The notes under the pieces: generated by a model
Seen by the model: only the letters and a program-made list of their open reading frames with translations
Databases searched by the model: none
Told to the model about the DNA's origin: nothing
Source: Microbacterium sp.
Lineage (GTDB): Bacteria; Actinomycetota; Actinomycetes; Actinomycetales; Microbacteriaceae
DNA length: 64,000 bases
Assembly: GCA_029239635.1 (NCBI GenBank)
Contig: JARBUN010000013.1
Location: forward strand, 12,667 to 76,666
Direction of reading: 5' to 3'
Shown here: piece by piece, positions 17,893-26,725 of the stretch
Layout: every line of letters begins with the position of its first letter
Numbering within the stretch: the first letter of the stretch is position 1
Position numbers and translations under genes: made by a program

Positions 17893-18807
17893 GTGAACCC
17901 ATCGGATCCGTGGGCGGTGGACGTCTCGGACGTCTCGCTGGCCATCCGCGGCAAGAACATCCTGTCCGGCGTCGACCTCAAGGTGGCCGCCGGCACCTTC
18001 CACGGCATCATCGGCCCCAACGGCGCGGGGAAGTCGACCCTGTTCGACGTCATCCTCGGATTCCGAGCCCCGACCTCGGGCAGCGTCCGCGTCCTCGGCA
18101 AGCCGACGCGTCCCCGCGATGTCGAGCTGTACCGCCAGGTCGGGGTGCAGCCGCAGCGGACGGCCTTCTTCCCCAAGCTGAACGCGCTGGAGCACCTCAC
18201 GGCGCTGGCCCACATCTACGGGATGGGCGCCTCGCGCATCACCACGCTCATGGAGGCCCTCGATCTCACGCGCCACGCCGCAACGCGCACCGAGAAGCTC
18301 TCCGGCGGCGAGCGCCAACGGCTCGCGATCGCCTCGGCGCTCGTCCATCAGCCGCGCGTCCTCTTCCTCGACGAGCCGACGGCCGGGCTCGACCCCACGG
18401 CGCGGCACAACCTCGTCGAGATGCTGCGCTCCGGGGAGTTCCGAGACATGACCACCATCTACACGACGCACTACCTCGAAGAGGCCTCGCGCCTGTGCGA
18501 TGTCGTGTCGATCCTCGATCGCGGCCGGGTGCTCGTGACCAAGTCGCCCAACGAGCTCGTGTACGAGACGGGGAGCGAGACGTCCATCCTGCTGCCGGCC
18601 GCCGTGCACCAGGCCGACCTCGTCGCTCGGCTCGACGCGATCACGACGGTCGACGTCGATTCGGCGGGGCTGCGCGTGCGCACGCGCGAGGTCGGACGCG
18701 CCTTCGAAGCCCTCGCGGCCGCGGGCATCGACATGACCAACTCGCAGGTCACGAGCGGGTCCCTCGAGGACGCGTTCATGGCATACACCGGACGGAGCTT
18801 CGAATGA
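17893..18807 (+). CDS. ABC exporter ATP-binding subunit
   Basis: GPNGAGKST, LSGGERQR, LFLDEPT, TTHYLEEA; GTG after AAGGAG. Confidence 0.95.
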   Translation: MNPSDPWAVDVSDVSLAIRGKNILSGVDLKVAAGTFHGIIGPNGAGKSTLFDVILGFRAPTSGSVRVLGKPTRPRDVELYRQVGVQPQRTAFFPKLNALEHLTALAHIYGMGASRITTLMEALDLTRHAATRTEKLSGGERQRLAIASALVHQPRVLFLDEPTAGLDPTARHNLVEMLRSGEFRDMTTIYTTHYLEEASRLCDVVSILDRGRVLVTKSPNELVYETGSETSILLPAAVHQADLVARLDAITTVDVDSAGLRVRTREVGRAFEALAAAGIDMTNSQVTSGSLEDAFMAYTGRSFE

Positions 18808-19550
18808 CCACGGCGACCACCACGCTCTCGCGTGTCATGTTCAAGGCGGATCTCCGCGATTTCGCCACCCTGTTCTTCACCTTCGTGTTCCCGGCGGGCC
18901 TTCTCGTCGGCCTCGTCCTCGGGATGGGACAGATCCCCTCGCCGCACGGTGGCGACTCGGTCAACGAGATCTCGTCGAACGTGGTCGCCTTCGGCATCGC
19001 GTTCGTCGCGGTCTTCGCGGGTGCTCAGCACATCTCGGCGTGGCGCGAGAACGGCATGCTCAACGTGCTGCGATCCGCTCCGGTCGGGTCGGGGCACGTC
19101 CTCGCGGCGCAAGCGGCCGTCGGGGCCATCCTCGCCATCGTCCAGGCCGTGTTCCTCATCGTGATCGCGGTCACTCCCTGGCTGGGGATGCAGCTCGTCC
19201 CGACGGCACCGCTCGGCATCCTCGGAGTCGCCCTCGGTTACTTCTTCTTCTTCGGCCTCGGCGTGATCCTCGCCAATCTCGTCCCCTCGATGACGGCCGT
19301 CACGATGCTCTCGTTGATCGTCGTGATCGGGCTCGGACTCGTGGGCGGAGCGATGATGCCCGTCGAGTATCTGCCGACATGGGTTCAGGACATCGCCCCC
19401 TACACCCCGGTCTTCCACATCAGAGAGGTGCTCACCTTCCTCCTCGTCGGCGTCGGCGACTGGGGCCAGGTCGGAATCTCCAGCGCGTACCTCCTCGTCA
19501 TCGGTGCAGGGCTCTTCCTCGTCGCCCGCAAGACGATGCGTCTGAGCTGA
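18804..19550 (+). CDS. ABC-2 type exporter permease
   Basis: Six hydrophobic segments; WRENGML and LPTWVQDIAPYTP motifs; ATGA overlap. Confidence 0.9.
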   Translation: MTTATTTLSRVMFKADLRDFATLFFTFVFPAGLLVGLVLGMGQIPSPHGGDSVNEISSNVVAFGIAFVAVFAGAQHISAWRENGMLNVLRSAPVGSGHVLAAQAAVGAILAIVQAVFLIVIAVTPWLGMQLVPTAPLGILGVALGYFFFFGLGVILANLVPSMTAVTMLSLIVVIGLGLVGGAMMPVEYLPTWVQDIAPYTPVFHIREVLTFLLVGVGDWGQVGISSAYLLVIGAGLFLVARKTMRLS

Positions 19551-19554
19551 TCCC

Positions 19555-21261
19555 ATGATCGGTCTCGCGCACAGCGCCCCGTCGCGCGACAGCGCCGCGG
19601 TCTGGACCGCGCCGGCAACCGTCGTCGTCGGCGCGGGAGGCATGACCCACGCCGAGCGGGACGCCGTGATCGCCGACCGGTGGTTCCGGGCACGGCCCCA
19701 TGTGCAAGCGCAGGTGGTGTCGCGGTCCGGTGTGCGCAGGGTCGGCGGGCCGGAGGACGGCGAGCTGCTCGGTCGGATCGTGCGCTCTCTCCGTGACTTC
19801 GCGTCGGCCGGTGCGGCCGAGGCGACGAACGTGTGGGAGGTCGACCAGCGTTCGGGACTCATCCGGCACACCGAGTTGATCGAGATCGCGACACCGAGCA
19901 GCGGGTCCGCGGCGCAAGCCCCCCGAGTGGATGCCGTCTCCCTGCGCGAGCGCGATCTCGCCGGCTGGGAGTGGGAGTCGGCGGGTCTCATCGACCCGAT
20001 CGCCGCCCTCCTCGCCCCCGAGGTGACGGATGCCGTGGCGTGCCCGACCCTCGCGCCCGCCTCGGGCGCGACAGCCACCCGGACGCGTGACAGCGCCCGA
20101 CGCCTCACGTGGTCGGGGCAGGGGGAATCGTTCGCGGGTTCTCGGCGCTCCGCCGTCGTCGAGGGAATCGAACGGCTGGTCGGCGGGCAGCAGTTCACCC
20201 CGCGGCATCCGCTGAGGTCGGCGCGGTCGCTCGAGGGGCGTGTGCTGACGCCCCGGGCGTTCGACCCCTACCTCGACGCGGCCTACGGGCACCTCGTCGA
20301 ACGCTTCGACGCCGAGACGCCGCACGAGTGGGTGCCGGGCTCCTCGTTGCGCGACGACGCGCACGTCTGGATTCCTCGCGAACTCGTCTACTACGCCGAG
20401 ATCCCCGAGAACGGACGATGGGCTCTGGGGACGTCCTCGGGGTGCGCGACGGGCAGTTCCCTCGATGAGGCGACGGTCTTCGGTCTGCTCGAGCTCATCG
20501 AGAGAGACACCTTCGTCAACGCCTGGTACGGCGGTATCGATGCCGTGCCGGCCCTGACCGAGGGGTTTCCCGGTGCCGCCGGGATGCTCGCCCGTGTGCG
20601 CCTGCTCGGCTGGCGGATGGAGCTCGGACTCCTGCGCAACGCCTGGAACATCCCCGTCTTCGTCGCCGCCGTCGACACGGGCGAGGTCCGCGCTTTCGGC
20701 GCCGCCGCCCATCTCGACGTCGCGACCGCCGGTCTGCGCGCGATGACCGAAGCGGTCGCCTACGCCCCCGGACGCATCTTAGAAGTCGCCGACAACGCCC
20801 ACAGGGTCGACGAGCTTCGCCGCGACCCGCGCCGCGCGCGGCACATCGAAGACCACCCGTTGCTTCCCGTGCGGGGCGCGCATCCGGCCTACGCCACGAT
20901 GTGCGGGGATCCGCGAGAGGCTCTGCCGCTCGACGAGATCTCTTCGTTCGCGGATGCCGGGACCCGTCTCTTCCGCGAAGGCGACAGCCGTGCGGGGGTC
21001 GACATCCGCGGCATCCGGTCGGCTCTCGTCCGACTCCTCGCCGATGAGGGGATCGAGACCTTCCGGGTCGTCCAGAGCGCCCCCTTCGAGAAGCAGCTCG
21101 GCCTGGAGACGGTGATGACACTCGCCCCCGCCCTGTCGCAACTCGACTTCGGGTGGGAGGCGCAACGCGTCCGCACCTCGACGCGGCCCCTCGACCAGGC
21201 CCGACTGCTCACCGGCCGCCGCCCGTCCGCGCTCCGCGACCTGCCGCACCCGTTCTCATGA
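19555..21261 (+). CDS. Second YcaO-family protein
   Basis: VEGIERL, TSSGCATG...LLELIERDTFVNAWY, LDFGW, C-terminal PHPFS. Confidence 0.9.
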   Translation: MIGLAHSAPSRDSAAVWTAPATVVVGAGGMTHAERDAVIADRWFRARPHVQAQVVSRSGVRRVGGPEDGELLGRIVRSLRDFASAGAAEATNVWEVDQRSGLIRHTELIEIATPSSGSAAQAPRVDAVSLRERDLAGWEWESAGLIDPIAALLAPEVTDAVACPTLAPASGATATRTRDSARRLTWSGQGESFAGSRRSAVVEGIERLVGGQQFTPRHPLRSARSLEGRVLTPRAFDPYLDAAYGHLVERFDAETPHEWVPGSSLRDDAHVWIPRELVYYAEIPENGRWALGTSSGCATGSSLDEATVFGLLELIERDTFVNAWYGGIDAVPALTEGFPGAAGMLARVRLLGWRMELGLLRNAWNIPVFVAAVDTGEVRAFGAAAHLDVATAGLRAMTEAVAYAPGRILEVADNAHRVDELRRDPRRARHIEDHPLLPVRGAHPAYATMCGDPREALPLDEISSFADAGTRLFREGDSRAGVDIRGIRSALVRLLADEGIETFRVVQSAPFEKQLGLETVMTLAPALSQLDFGWEAQRVRTSTRPLDQARLLTGRRPSALRDLPHPFS

Positions 21262-21854
21262 CCCGTTCCCCCGCCTCAGGCCCGGTGCGGAAAGCGCACG
21301 GGACGACCGTCTCGCTTCTGGCATTCGCCGCGCTGTACGTCGTCGCCCTCGCGTGGGCGCCCACCTGGTGGTGGGCGACGGGTGCCGCGGTGCTCGGGGC
21401 CGGGATCGCCCTGGGGGCGTGGTGCCTCGCGCGCCGAGCGCGGCACCCGGCTCGACAGCCGGGTGCCCGCGCGCTCCGGGCTGTCGCCCTGACGTCGTTC
21501 ACCGAAGCCGTCGGACTCACCGCCGCCGTGGCGACGTTCCTGGTCGCCGACCTCCGCTGGCTCGCCCTCCCCCTTCTCCTGACGACGGTGACGGTGCACG
21601 TGGCGAGCCTCGCGGTGGCCTTCCGCCGAGCCGCCGACGCGTGGGCTCTCGGGTGGATCGTGGTGGCGACGGTGATCGCGTGGAGCTGCGGACCGGATGG
21701 AACGGCCTGGGCCTGGCCCGTGTCCGGCGCGCTCGCCGCGGGCATGTGCGTCGGGTACGTCCTCGCCCTCCATTCGGCTCGACGATCGGGTCGCGTGCGC
21801 GCCGACTCGTCGCCTGACGTGTCGGTTCGCGAATCGGCATCCCCTGCGACGTGA
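21258..21854 (+). CDS. Membrane protein of unknown function (possible immunity protein)
   Basis: ~6 TM segments; ATGA-coupled to the second YcaO. Confidence 0.7.
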   Translation: MTRSPASGPVRKAHGTTVSLLAFAALYVVALAWAPTWWWATGAAVLGAGIALGAWCLARRARHPARQPGARALRAVALTSFTEAVGLTAAVATFLVADLRWLALPLLLTTVTVHVASLAVAFRRAADAWALGWIVVATVIAWSCGPDGTAWAWPVSGALAAGMCVGYVLALHSARRSGRVRADSSPDVSVRESASPAT

Positions 21855-21889
21855 CCACGCTCGCAGACCATCCCTGAAAGGAAGACGCA

Positions 21890-22072
21890 ATGAAACTCGC
21901 ATCCCTCGCCGCCGAACTGGACGCCTTCGAGGTCGAGACCCTCGAGGTCAAGGACTTCGTCGACTACTCCGACATGGCCTTCGGCTCGACGTGTTCCTCG
22001 TCGTCGTCGTCCTCGTGCACATCGACGTGCGCCTCGACGTGCGCTTCGACCTCCTCGTGCGCCACGGCGTGA
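21890..22072 (+). CDS. RiPP precursor peptide 2
   Basis: Leader MKLASLAAELDAFEVETLEVKDFVDYSDMAFG, core STCSSSSSSSCTSTCASTCASTSSCATA; paralog of precursor 1; GAAAGGA RBS. Confidence 0.95.
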   Translation: MKLASLAAELDAFEVETLEVKDFVDYSDMAFGSTCSSSSSSSCTSTCASTCASTSSCATA

Positions 22073-22109
22073 TGCCCGCGCGCTGGTGATGTCCGAGCGC
22101 TGACGATCT

Positions 22110-22156
22110 CGCGCGCCGGTGGGGCGGCGGTCGGGCCGTCGTCCTTCCGGCGCGCG
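22110..22156. terminator. Hairpin between convergent operons
   Basis: CGCGCGCCGG...CCGGCGCGCG long GC-rich stem. Confidence 0.6.
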
Positions 22157-22193
22157 GTGGGCGGATGTGGATATCAGGCGACCGTGCGCTCCG

Positions 22194-23258
22194 TCATGAT
22201 GCCGCGAGCACGACGGCGCTCCGGTGGCTCACCTCCGCGGGAGTGCCGCGCGTCACCGTCATCGTGCGCAATCCGGGGTCGATGGTGACGGTGGCGAGGG
22301 TCGCCCATCGGTCTCCGAACACGGCACCGGGGTCCGGAACGCAGCACAGGGCCGCGACGTCTCCGGGGTGAGACACGAGGTACGGCACGAGTGCGTCGGC
22401 CGCGGCGGGCAGAGTCCCCTTCGACACGCGCTCCGTGAGCACTCCGAGCCGCAGTTGGGAGTCGGGATCGTAGATCCCCGACTTCTCGTCGACGGAGAGC
22501 TGCGGATCCAGGAAGTGATTCGTGTGCAGCAGCACGCCGTCCGTCGGGGTGATCACCGCGGCGCCGAGCGGACTGAGCTCGACGATCACCGCACCGTCGG
22601 GGCTGAGGACCGTGATGGCGCTCGACGTGCTCACCGGCGCCGTGCGCAAGACGTCGACCGCCTCTTCGAGCGTGCGCGCTTCGGTCAGCACACGAGCCCC
22701 CACGAGGTGGACCGGAACGCCGTCGGCGCGATCGGCGCGGTGACCCAGGATGTTCAGCAGGATGCCGACACCTGAATCGTTCACCCCCACCTTGCTGAGA
22801 ATGCCGTGCTCCGTGAGCCCGACGAACTCGCGATCGGCGCGCACCCGTTGCAGGTGCCAGCTCTCGCCGAGTTCCTCGTGCCAGTCCCAGGTCTGCGCCC
22901 CGACCGGTCGCCCCGACGCGTTGATGATCGTCGAACACTCGCCGGGCTTCGCCCCTCGGCTTCCCGACAGGATCTCGGTCCGGGCGTTCAGCGCGGCGAT
23001 CTGCCATAGCGGCACCTCGGCCCCCTCGGCCGTTCCGCGCATTTCGGCGGCCAGTTCCGGCGCCCACACTTCGGTCGCGGCGAAGGTGGCATCCGCGCCG
23101 CGCCGCACCTGATCCGGACGGATGCCGCACGTCTCGAACAGGGCGAGGTAGATCCGGATGCCGTCACTCAGGCGATCCTTCAACGCGCGGCCGCGCTGAC
23201 GACCGCGCTCGACGGCGTCGACGGAGTCGATCGAGATCATCGGAATCGTGTCCGTCAT
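22194..23258 (-). CDS. C45 family autoproteolytic Ntn-hydrolase/acyltransferase
   Basis: LNARTEIL...GECST (nucleophilic Cys), QTWDW, GVNDSG, HTNHFLDP. Confidence 0.9.
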   Translation of the reverse strand: MTDTIPMISIDSVDAVERGRQRGRALKDRLSDGIRIYLALFETCGIRPDQVRRGADATFAATEVWAPELAAEMRGTAEGAEVPLWQIAALNARTEILSGSRGAKPGECSTIINASGRPVGAQTWDWHEELGESWHLQRVRADREFVGLTEHGILSKVGVNDSGVGILLNILGHRADRADGVPVHLVGARVLTEARTLEEAVDVLRTAPVSTSSAITVLSPDGAVIVELSPLGAAVITPTDGVLLHTNHFLDPQLSVDEKSGIYDPDSQLRLGVLTERVSKGTLPAAADALVPYLVSHPGDVAALCCVPDPGAVFGDRWATLATVTIDPGLRTMTVTRGTPAEVSHRSAVVLAAS

Positions 23259-24106
23259 TCGGCGACTTCCTCACGGAGGGCGCGGATGACGCCGCGCTGG
23301 GGTTTCCATCCCGGCCGCGGAGCGCAGGCGAGCAGGAGTTGGGTGTACGGATGCCGGGGCCGCGCGAGAACCTCGGCTGTCGCCCCGCGCTCCACGATCC
23401 GGCCTCGCCTCATCACCACGACCTGATCCGCGATGAGCTGAACGACGGAGAGATCGTGGGTGATGAACAGGTACGTCAGGTTCTCGGCGCTTCGCAGCTC
23501 GTCCAGCAGCGCGAGGATCTGCCCCTGAACCGTGACGTCGAGAGCGGCGACCGATTCGTCGAGCACGATCACGTCCGGCTCGGCGGCCAGGGCGCGCGCG
23601 ATCGCGACTCTCTGACGCTGCCCGCCGGAGAGCGCCCCGGGTTTCGCCTGCAGCAACCTCTCGGGGAGCCCCACCTGAGCGAAGAGTTCCACGCAACGCT
23701 GTCGACGCGCGACTCGTCCGAGAGTGGTGTGGACCCGGAGGACCTCGTCGACGGCCGTGCTGACGGGCAGCCGTCGATTCAATGAGCTCTGGGGGTCCTG
23801 GAACACGATCTGGACGGACTTCGCCAGACGTTTGCGCTCCGCCCGTCGAGCGCGCGCGAGGACCGGCCGGTCCGCGACGACGATCCGACCGGCATCCGGC
23901 TTCTCCAGCCCCACGATGCAGCGTGCGAGAGTGGTCTTGCCCGATCCCGACTCGCCGACGACCGCGAGGCAGGATCCTGTTGGCACGGTCAACGAGACGT
24001 CGTCGAGGGCGACGACCGCACGTCCGCGTGAGCGAAACGTCTTCCTCAGGGCGTCGACTCCGATCATGGGAGGACGCGTCGACCCGTCAGCGGGGAAGGT
24101 CATCAT
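23255..24106 (-). CDS. Dpp/Opp ABC transporter ATP-binding subunit (DppF-like)
   Basis: GESGSGKTT, VFQDPQSSLN, LSGGQRQR, PRHPYTQLL. Confidence 0.93.
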   Translation of the reverse strand: MMTFPADGSTRPPMIGVDALRKTFRSRGRAVVALDDVSLTVPTGSCLAVVGESGSGKTTLARCIVGLEKPDAGRIVVADRPVLARARRAERKRLAKSVQIVFQDPQSSLNRRLPVSTAVDEVLRVHTTLGRVARRQRCVELFAQVGLPERLLQAKPGALSGGQRQRVAIARALAAEPDVIVLDESVAALDVTVQGQILALLDELRSAENLTYLFITHDLSVVQLIADQVVVMRRGRIVERGATAEVLARPRHPYTQLLLACAPRPGWKPQRGVIRALREEVAE

Positions 24107-24933
24107 TGCTCCTTCTCGTCCGGCGTTTCGCCCGGCACGGCGGCATCCGGAGTCCCCGTGATGCCCGCGGGCCGCGAATCCATCAGCTGCCGCGTGTATG
24201 CGTGCGCGGGGTTGTCACGTAGCTGGTCCGGGACACCGGTCTCGACGATCTCGCCGTCCTTCATCACGGCGATCCGGTCGCAGACGGCCCCGGCGAGATC
24301 GAGATCGTGGGTGACGAAGAGCAACGCCATCCCGAGTTCGCGTCGACAATCGTCCAGGATCGCCATCACCTCGGCTTGCGTCGTCACATCCAGCGCGGTG
24401 GTGGGCTCGTCGGCGAGCAGAAGCTTCGGTTGCCCGGCGATCGCTCCGGCGATCACGACTCGCTGCAACATCCCGCCCGAGAGCTCGTGCGGGTAGGAGT
24501 TGAGGACGCGGTCGACGTCGTCGAGTCCGACCCGCTCCAACAGCTCAGCCGCGCGCACGCGCGCCGCCGTGACCGACAGTCCCTGCGCGTCGCGCATTCC
24601 CTCTTGGAGATAACGACGAATGGGTGCCACGGGGTTCAGCACGGCGTGCGGGTTCTGGGCGATCATCGCGACGGAACTCGCGCGCATCCTCCGCAGTGGC
24701 TCGCCGCCGAGCGCGAGGACGTCGGCACCGTCGAGCGTGATCACGCCGCCTACGGTGGAGCCGGGCGGCTCGATCCGCAGAAGGCAGCGCAGCGTCATCG
24801 ACTTGCCGCTGCCCGATTCGCCCACGAGGCCGAGTGCCTCGCCACGAGCGACCGAGAGCGACACGTCACGCAGGATGTCGATATGCCCGGCTTCTCCGGT
24901 GATCGAGAGGGTGAGATCGCGAATGTCGAGCAT
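24103..24933 (-). CDS. Dpp/Opp ABC transporter ATP-binding subunit (DppD-like)
   Basis: GESGSGKSM, YPHELSGGMLQR, ADEPTTALD. Confidence 0.93.
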   Translation of the reverse strand: MLDIRDLTLSITGEAGHIDILRDVSLSVARGEALGLVGESGSGKSMTLRCLLRIEPPGSTVGGVITLDGADVLALGGEPLRRMRASSVAMIAQNPHAVLNPVAPIRRYLQEGMRDAQGLSVTAARVRAAELLERVGLDDVDRVLNSYPHELSGGMLQRVVIAGAIAGQPKLLLADEPTTALDVTTQAEVMAILDDCRRELGMALLFVTHDLDLAGAVCDRIAVMKDGEIVETGVPDQLRDNPAHAYTRQLMDSRPAGITGTPDAAVPGETPDEKEQ

Positions 24934-25760
24934 CAGGCCTTCCTCCCCGCCGCGGCGCGTCCGCCGAGTTTGTCGCCCACGTAGCCGAGGGAGGCGACGG
25001 TCAGCACGATGCACAAACCCGCCAGGATGCTCTCGGCGGGATACCCCTTCAGCAGAGACTGCTGACCGTTGGCGACCATGAGCCCCCAGTCCGCCTGGGG
25101 CGGCTGGACGCCCAGCCCGAGGAAAGAAAGGGCTGCGAGCTCGATCATGGCGAATCCGAAGTTGATGGTGGCGCCGGTGACGATCAACGGCGCCACGTTG
25201 GGCAGCAGATGGCGGACGGCGATGGTCGGGCCGGTGATTCCCTGGAGCTCCGGCGACCGGACGTAGGGCAGGTTGCGCTCTCGCAGCGCGGTGCTGCGGA
25301 TGACGCGGGCGGTGTACGGGATGTAGGCGATCGCGAGCGCGAACGCAGCGGTCAGCAGTCCCGGCCCGAAGACGGCGATCGCGAGCATGGCCAGGAGCAG
25401 GTTGGGGAACGCGAACAGCAGGTCGAGCAGGCGGCTCAGGAGGGAGTCGACCGCGCCTCCCCACCACACGCTGGTGAGGGCGATCAGTGTTCCCAGCGCG
25501 GCCGTGACGCAGACGACGATGAGCGGGCCGATCAAGCTGGACCGCGCGCCCCACAGGAGCCGGGAGAAGATGTCGCGCCCGGCCTGATCGGTACCCAGAA
25601 GGTGCGCGGCGCTGGGGCCGAGATACCGCTGCGTGACCGACCCGATGGTCGGGTCGTAGGGGGCGATCAGAGGGGCCGACAGCGCACCCAGGACGACCAG
25701 GAGCAGGATGCCCACAGCCACCATGCCGAGCGGTCCCATCCTGTGGACGAATCGCTTCAT
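24933..25760 (-). CDS. Dpp/Opp ABC transporter permease (DppC-like)
   Basis: HLLGTDQAGRDIFSRL, LSFLGLGVQPP..DWG. Confidence 0.93.
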   Translation of the reverse strand: MKRFVHRMGPLGMVAVGILLLVVLGALSAPLIAPYDPTIGSVTQRYLGPSAAHLLGTDQAGRDIFSRLLWGARSSLIGPLIVVCVTAALGTLIALTSVWWGGAVDSLLSRLLDLLFAFPNLLLAMLAIAVFGPGLLTAAFALAIAYIPYTARVIRSTALRERNLPYVRSPELQGITGPTIAVRHLLPNVAPLIVTGATINFGFAMIELAALSFLGLGVQPPQADWGLMVANGQQSLLKGYPAESILAGLCIVLTVASLGYVGDKLGGRAAAGRKA

Positions 25761-26698
25761 GCGGTGTGCCTCGATCCGACGCGGGGGTCGATGGCTGCGT
25801 AGAGCAGGTCGACCAGAAGGTTGATGATGCCGAATCCGGCCACCAGGACGATCGCGATCGCCTGCACGACGGCGAAGTCCTTGGTCTGCACGGCGGTGAC
25901 GAGAAGCGTTCCCAGTCCGTCGAGTGTGAAGGCGTACTCCACGACGAACGATCCGGCGATGAGGCCGGCGATGTGGACGCCGACGACGGTGCTCACCGGG
26001 AGCATCGAATTGCGCACCAGGTGGCGTCGCATCACGATTCGGGAAGGCACGCCTCGGGCGATGGCCATCACCGCGTGCTCCGAATCCCGCTCGTCTCGGA
26101 TGGCCGTGCGGGTGATGCGCGCCACCACAGCCGCGGAGGGAAGAGCGAGAGCGAGCGCGGGGAGCGTGAGGTGCCAGAGACGATCCGCGAACCCCTCGCC
26201 GGAGCCGAACACGGGGAACCAGCCCAGCCACACGCTGAACACGCTCATCAACAGCAGCGCCGCGAAGAAGGTCGGCACGGCGAAGCCGACGGTGGACCCC
26301 AGGACGACGATCTTGTCGACGACTCCATCACGCACACCGGCGACGATGCCGAGACCGACGCCGAGCACCACGATCAGCACCGCCGCCATGGCGACGAGGG
26401 TGAGGGTGGTCGGCAGGCGGTTGGCGAGCAGGTCGCCGACCTCCTGCCGGTTCGTGAGCGACTGGCCGAAGTCTCCGTGCAGCACCCCCGTGAGCCAGTT
26501 CCAGAAGCGAACGAGGAAGGGGTCGTCCAGCGAGTACTGCCGGCGGATGGCTGCGAGCACCTCCGGGGTGACCGTGCGGCCTTGAACCAGGAAGTTCTCC
26601 GGGCTGCCGGGAGCTGCGTACATGGCCGCGAACACCAGGAAGCTCGAGACGAGAAGCACACCCACCAGGGCGAGCAATCGGCGCAGCACGTACATCAC
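25757..26698 (-). CDS. Dpp/Opp ABC transporter permease (DppB-like)
   Basis: YVLRRL, GDFGQS, RLPTTL, EAA-like loop ARGV...RHLVRNS. Confidence 0.93.
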   Translation of the reverse strand: MMYVLRRLLALVGVLLVSSFLVFAAMYAAPGSPENFLVQGRTVTPEVLAAIRRQYSLDDPFLVRFWNWLTGVLHGDFGQSLTNRQEVGDLLANRLPTTLTLVAMAAVLIVVLGVGLGIVAGVRDGVVDKIVVLGSTVGFAVPTFFAALLLMSVFSVWLGWFPVFGSGEGFADRLWHLTLPALALALPSAAVVARITRTAIRDERDSEHAVMAIARGVPSRIVMRRHLVRNSMLPVSTVVGVHIAGLIAGSFVVEYAFTLDGLGTLLVTAVQTKDFAVVQAIAIVLVAGFGIINLLVDLLYAAIDPRVGSRHTA

Positions 26699-26725
26699 GG
26701 GCGTGACCCCTTCCTCATCGCGGCC

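Noticed and set aside
7601-22072. Calling the cluster a classical thiopeptide or a lanthipeptide
   Set aside because: No LanC cyclase and no second Lant_dehydr_C-like pyridine synthase; the core is unusually long; kept as a linear azole/Dha hypothesis
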